Assembly (NCBI GenBank): GCA_035357435.1
Contig: DAOPNM010000005.1
Location: 1 to 26,553, forward strand
Direction of reading: 5' to 3'
DNA: 26,553 bases
DNA from: an archaeon
GTDB lineage: Archaea; Iainarchaeota; Iainarchaeia; Iainarchaeales; CSSED10-239
Both the position numbers and the translations under genes were made by a program. Position 1 is the first letter of the stretch, and each line of letters opens with the position of its first letter. Below, one piece after another: positions 23,257 to 26,553 of this stretch. Under the pieces are notes generated by a model. That model was not told the origin of the DNA, did no database searches, and saw only the letters and a list, made by a program, of their open reading frames with translations.

Positions 23257-25074
23257 TTAATCTATTTTTTCTCCAATTATTAATTTTGGGAAAATACCCA
23301 TTGATTTCAATTCATCAAGTAATAATTTGAAACCATAACTTATCCTAATTGTATGAATATTTGTGCCTTTACACACTGGGCAATATTTTTTATTTCTAAT
23401 TTTATCATCTACTGCAAGAATACCACAATCTGCACAAACTGGAACATCTAATTCATCTGCATCTTCCATAAGTTTTTCATAAAGTAACATTGCTGCACCA
23501 TGTCCAACCAATGCATCTCCTTCCATTTCACCAAATCTTATACCCCCACCTTTTTCTTTACCTTCAGTAGGTTGTCTTGTCAACAATTGTACAGAACCTC
23601 TATCTCTTGCTTGTATTTTATTAACAACAACATGATATAGTCTTTTAAAAGAAATTGGGCCTACAAAAATAGGCATTTCTATTTTTTCCCCAGTTACCCC
23701 ATCATAAAAAACTTCTTTCCCATCAGGTCTAAAACCATATTTTTTCAAAATATTAAATATTTGTTCATTATCTGTGTAAAATGGGGTTGCATCAATTATA
23801 TCTCCTTGTAATGCAGCACCTTTACCTGCAACTGTTTCTAATAAATGTCCCAATGTCATTCTGGAAGGAATTGAATGTGGATTTAAAATAAAATCAGGTT
23901 TCATACCATTTTCAGTAAATGGCATATCTGATTCATCAATTACACCACCAATAACACCTTTTTGACCATGATTGGATGTAAATTTATCCCCTTCTTCAGG
24001 AATTAATTCAGTTCTTACTTTTACTTTTGCTAATTTGATACCACTTATTGTTTGAGTAAGCAAAACTCTATCAACATGACCTTTTAAATGTTTTCTTGTT
24101 GTAACAGATGCTTCTCTTCTGTTTTCTGCAACAATACCAAAATCAGAAACTTCTTCAACAAATCTTGGTGGGGAAGTTACACCAATGACAACCCCTCCTT
24201 CAGGAACAAAGGCTTCTATATTTGCAAGACCATCTTCTCCCAAAATATTATAGGCATCTTCTCCCCTATATCCTACAACAGTTTTATCAGGAACTTTAAA
24301 TTCATCTGTTTGTCCAGATGGATATCTATTTTCTTGAGATGAATATGTTCTATAATAAGAAGATCTTCCCAATCCTCTTTCAATAGCACCTCTATTTACA
24401 ACCAATGCATCAATCATATTAAATCCTTTATATGGCATAATTGCAACAACAGCATTTTGAATCATTGGCCTTTCATATGTCTTCAAAATCTTTTCTGTTC
24501 TTGTTGTAACTAATGGTCTTTGTGGATAATAAAGAACATGCATTTCTGTATCAAATCTTATTTCATAATTTGTGGCAGGCATTCCAACAGCTTGTCTTGA
24601 AACTTTTGCACCATGAATTGCTTTACCAGCCATATCATGATTAATAAATGGTATCAATGAAGTGACAATAGAAAAGATGGCAGTTCCAGCTATTTCTAAA
24701 TGTGTGTGATCGGGTGTAAGATCCTTTTCATCTAATGCAACATAAGCATTTTCTTCTTCTTCTGCATCTAAATATTCTATTATTCCTTGTGAAACTAAAT
24801 CATTCCAGGTAAGTTTTTTATTAACAACATCTTCATAAATTTCTTTTGTTAACTTAGATTTTCCATCTTTTACAACAATTAAAGGTCTTTGAACCCTACC
24901 ACCATCTGTGTTAATGTATAGTTCATTGGTTTCTTCTTTATATGCAATATTTATTTGATCATCAAAGTCTCCATTTCTTCTTTTATTAATTAATTGATTT
25001 TTTAATTTATAAGGATCATCATGAAAACCAACCAAACTTCCATTTACATAAACTTTACATTTTTGTTTTGCCAT
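23257..25074 (-). CDS. rpoB1: DNA-directed RNA polymerase subunit B' (Rpo2C, C-terminal part of split B)
   Basis: GDKFTSNHGQKGV, NPHSIPSRMTLG, GGIRFGEMEGDAL and the C-terminal Zn ribbon CADCG…CPVCKG. Confidence 0.98.
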   Translation of the reverse strand: MAKQKCKVYVNGSLVGFHDDPYKLKNQLINKRRNGDFDDQINIAYKEETNELYINTDGGRVQRPLIVVKDGKSKLTKEIYEDVVNKKLTWNDLVSQGIIEYLDAEEEENAYVALDEKDLTPDHTHLEIAGTAIFSIVTSLIPFINHDMAGKAIHGAKVSRQAVGMPATNYEIRFDTEMHVLYYPQRPLVTTRTEKILKTYERPMIQNAVVAIMPYKGFNMIDALVVNRGAIERGLGRSSYYRTYSSQENRYPSGQTDEFKVPDKTVVGYRGEDAYNILGEDGLANIEAFVPEGGVVIGVTSPPRFVEEVSDFGIVAENRREASVTTRKHLKGHVDRVLLTQTISGIKLAKVKVRTELIPEEGDKFTSNHGQKGVIGGVIDESDMPFTENGMKPDFILNPHSIPSRMTLGHLLETVAGKGAALQGDIIDATPFYTDNEQIFNILKKYGFRPDGKEVFYDGVTGEKIEMPIFVGPISFKRLYHVVVNKIQARDRGSVQLLTRQPTEGKEKGGGIRFGEMEGDALVGHGAAMLLYEKLMEDADELDVPVCADCGILAVDDKIRNKKYCPVCKGTNIHTIRISYGFKLLLDELKSMGIFPKLIIGEKID

Positions 25075-25086
25075 AATAATACCAAT

Positions 25087-26544
25087 TTATAATTTTTCTG
25101 TTAATTCAAGAGATTTTTCTAAAATATTTGGATCTACATCTCTTGTTACTCTTGCAAGCAATGCAAGATTTTTAGACAACCCACAATTTGGGCCATCTGG
25201 TGTTTCAACAGGACATAATCTCCCCCAATGTGTACCATGAACATCTCTTGCTTCATATAGTTCTCTTTGAATATCTAAAGAGGACTTAACTTTTCTCATG
25301 TTATTTAAAGGAGCTAAATAATTTATTCTATCCATATATACACAAACACCAGAGGTTCCTCCAACCCATGTTCCTGTTGCAACTGCAAATTTTATTCTTT
25401 CAGTAATTGCATCTGGTCTAATAATTGTATTAATATTTAATTTTCTATGCCTAGAAATAGTTCTATCTATTTGAAATTTTAAATCATTTACAAAGTGTTT
25501 AAAAGAATATCTAAACAAATCTTCCATTAATTTACCAGGAAGTTCTAATCTTTTATTAGAATAATGATCTTTATCTTCTTGTGATCTTAAATTATATGCT
25601 TTCTCAATGATTTTTGTAGCCATAATAATTAAATAATGGGCTTTTGCAATTCTATCGTCTTTAACTTGCCCTATATGTGGTAATAAAAAAAAATCTAAAA
25701 CTTCTTGTGCCCTTCTTAATCTATAATTTTGTGTTTGACTTGGGGCTACGGCTCTTCCTATTTTATCTAATGCATCATTTAAGGAAACTAATTCAATCTT
25801 ATCCAAATTTAAAAGAATTTCATTTCTTATAATTTTATCATCAGGGAATGCATCTAAAATATCTTTTTCTTTTAATAAACCTAAAGCATTTAATAATTCA
25901 ACTAATGCTAATTTTCTTGGAGAAGAAGGAAATGAAACATAAAAAATACCTTCTGGATTTCTTTCAATTCTAACTTTTCCCTTAAATGCACCTTTTACAG
26001 AAATAACTTGTGCAACAATTATGTTTTCTGTTTGATTTATTAATATTCTATCTAATGCTAAAACCTCTTGAGTAATTAAAACTTTTTCAGAACCATTAAT
26101 TATGAAATATCCACCAAAATCCATAGGATCTTCTCCAACTTCAATTAATTCTTGTGGAGAATATTTTGCAATATTACAATATTTTGATTTAACAAGTATT
26201 GGTAATTCACCAATATATACTTTTTTTTGATCAATTAATACCCCTTTTCTGTATAAATTTATATCAATATACATTGATCCAGAATAAGAAATATTTCTTA
26301 AGCGTGCTTCCATTGGTGTCAATCTAACTTTTGCACTTCTATCTGCTTCTACAATTTCTGGTGGTGTAATTTCAATATTTGACAAAACAACTTTAATATC
26401 TTCACCTGTTTCAATTACAGCATTTTCTTCAATAATTTCAGGAATTTTTTCATCAACAAATTGATCAAAAGACTTTATTCTTTGATCTATTGGTCCTGCA
26501 TATTCATAATATGCTTCTATAAGTCCCCATTTATCCATGGCCAT
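25087..26544 (-). CDS. rpoB2: DNA-directed RNA polymerase subunit B'' (Rpo2N, N-terminal part of split B)
   Basis: GGYFIINGSEKVLITQE, DKDHYSNKRLELPG and HGTHWGRLCPVETPDGPNCGL. ATG is at 26544 and a GTG at 26547. It ends 12 nt before rpoB1. Confidence 0.97.
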   Translation of the reverse strand: MAMDKWGLIEAYYEYAGPIDQRIKSFDQFVDEKIPEIIEENAVIETGEDIKVVLSNIEITPPEIVEADRSAKVRLTPMEARLRNISYSGSMYIDINLYRKGVLIDQKKVYIGELPILVKSKYCNIAKYSPQELIEVGEDPMDFGGYFIINGSEKVLITQEVLALDRILINQTENIIVAQVISVKGAFKGKVRIERNPEGIFYVSFPSSPRKLALVELLNALGLLKEKDILDAFPDDKIIRNEILLNLDKIELVSLNDALDKIGRAVAPSQTQNYRLRRAQEVLDFFLLPHIGQVKDDRIAKAHYLIIMATKIIEKAYNLRSQEDKDHYSNKRLELPGKLMEDLFRYSFKHFVNDLKFQIDRTISRHRKLNINTIIRPDAITERIKFAVATGTWVGGTSGVCVYMDRINYLAPLNNMRKVKSSLDIQRELYEARDVHGTHWGRLCPVETPDGPNCGLSKNLALLARVTRDVDPNILEKSLELTEKL

Positions 26545-26553
26545 CACACATTA

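Noticed and set aside
19720-24342. ORFs antisense to the RNA polymerase genes (19720..19992, 21041..21391, 22553..22750, 24088..24342) and to aEF-2 (13861..14064).
   Set aside because: They lie wholly inside strongly supported conserved genes on the other strand. Their translations are low-complexity F/I/S/N-rich strings, as expected from reading AT-rich codons backwards.
26545-26553. Possible end of an upstream rpoH gene at the extreme right edge (an in-frame TAA at 26551-26553 on the minus strand).
   Set aside because: Only 6-9 nt are visible, so no gene can be supported from this window.

Overview
This is a very AT-rich archaeal window. RNA polymerase is split into B''/B' and A'/A'' subunits, and eL30, uS12, uS7, aEF-2 with the diphthamide-site HRG motif, and archaeal-type DtdA are present. 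The small, surface-protein-rich gene content suggests a DPANN-like lineage, but that is inference only. The right half (17.7-26.5 kb, minus strand) is the conserved rpoB''-rpoB'-rpoA'-rpoA''-rpl30e-rps12-rps7 cluster, with no nusA between rpl30e and rps12. aEF-2 (12.2-14.4 kb) is separated from rps7 by a 3.3 kb cassette. The cassette encodes a membrane-tethered wHTH regulator, three TGTTCCAG repeats in the next promoter, a secreted coiled-coil protein, a small acidic membrane protein, a 2H phosphoesterase and a small anchored protein. The left half holds housekeeping and accessory genes: a truncated CorA missing from the ORF track, an MTHFR-C-like Cys protein, a class III adenylate cyclase, dPGM, tRNA-Val(CAC), Nudix, VapBC, dCMP deaminase, Tmk, DtdA and a full-length but catalytically degenerate DXR homologue. 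Signals not explained by genes are: (1) a ~147 nt structured RNA candidate at 4874-5020, possibly a divergent 5S-like RNA; (2) a dispersed intergenic motif TGTCCAAGAAATAATGT with at least 10 copies; (3) a ~306 bp near-identical tandem duplication carrying a 12-codon Lys-rich micro-ORF between aEF-2 and the DXR-like gene; (4) a paralogous family of small proteins sharing the anchor GFLIGWLVFGE. No CRISPR array, transposase or integrase was recognised. All family calls rest on motif recognition by eye; no database search was possible.
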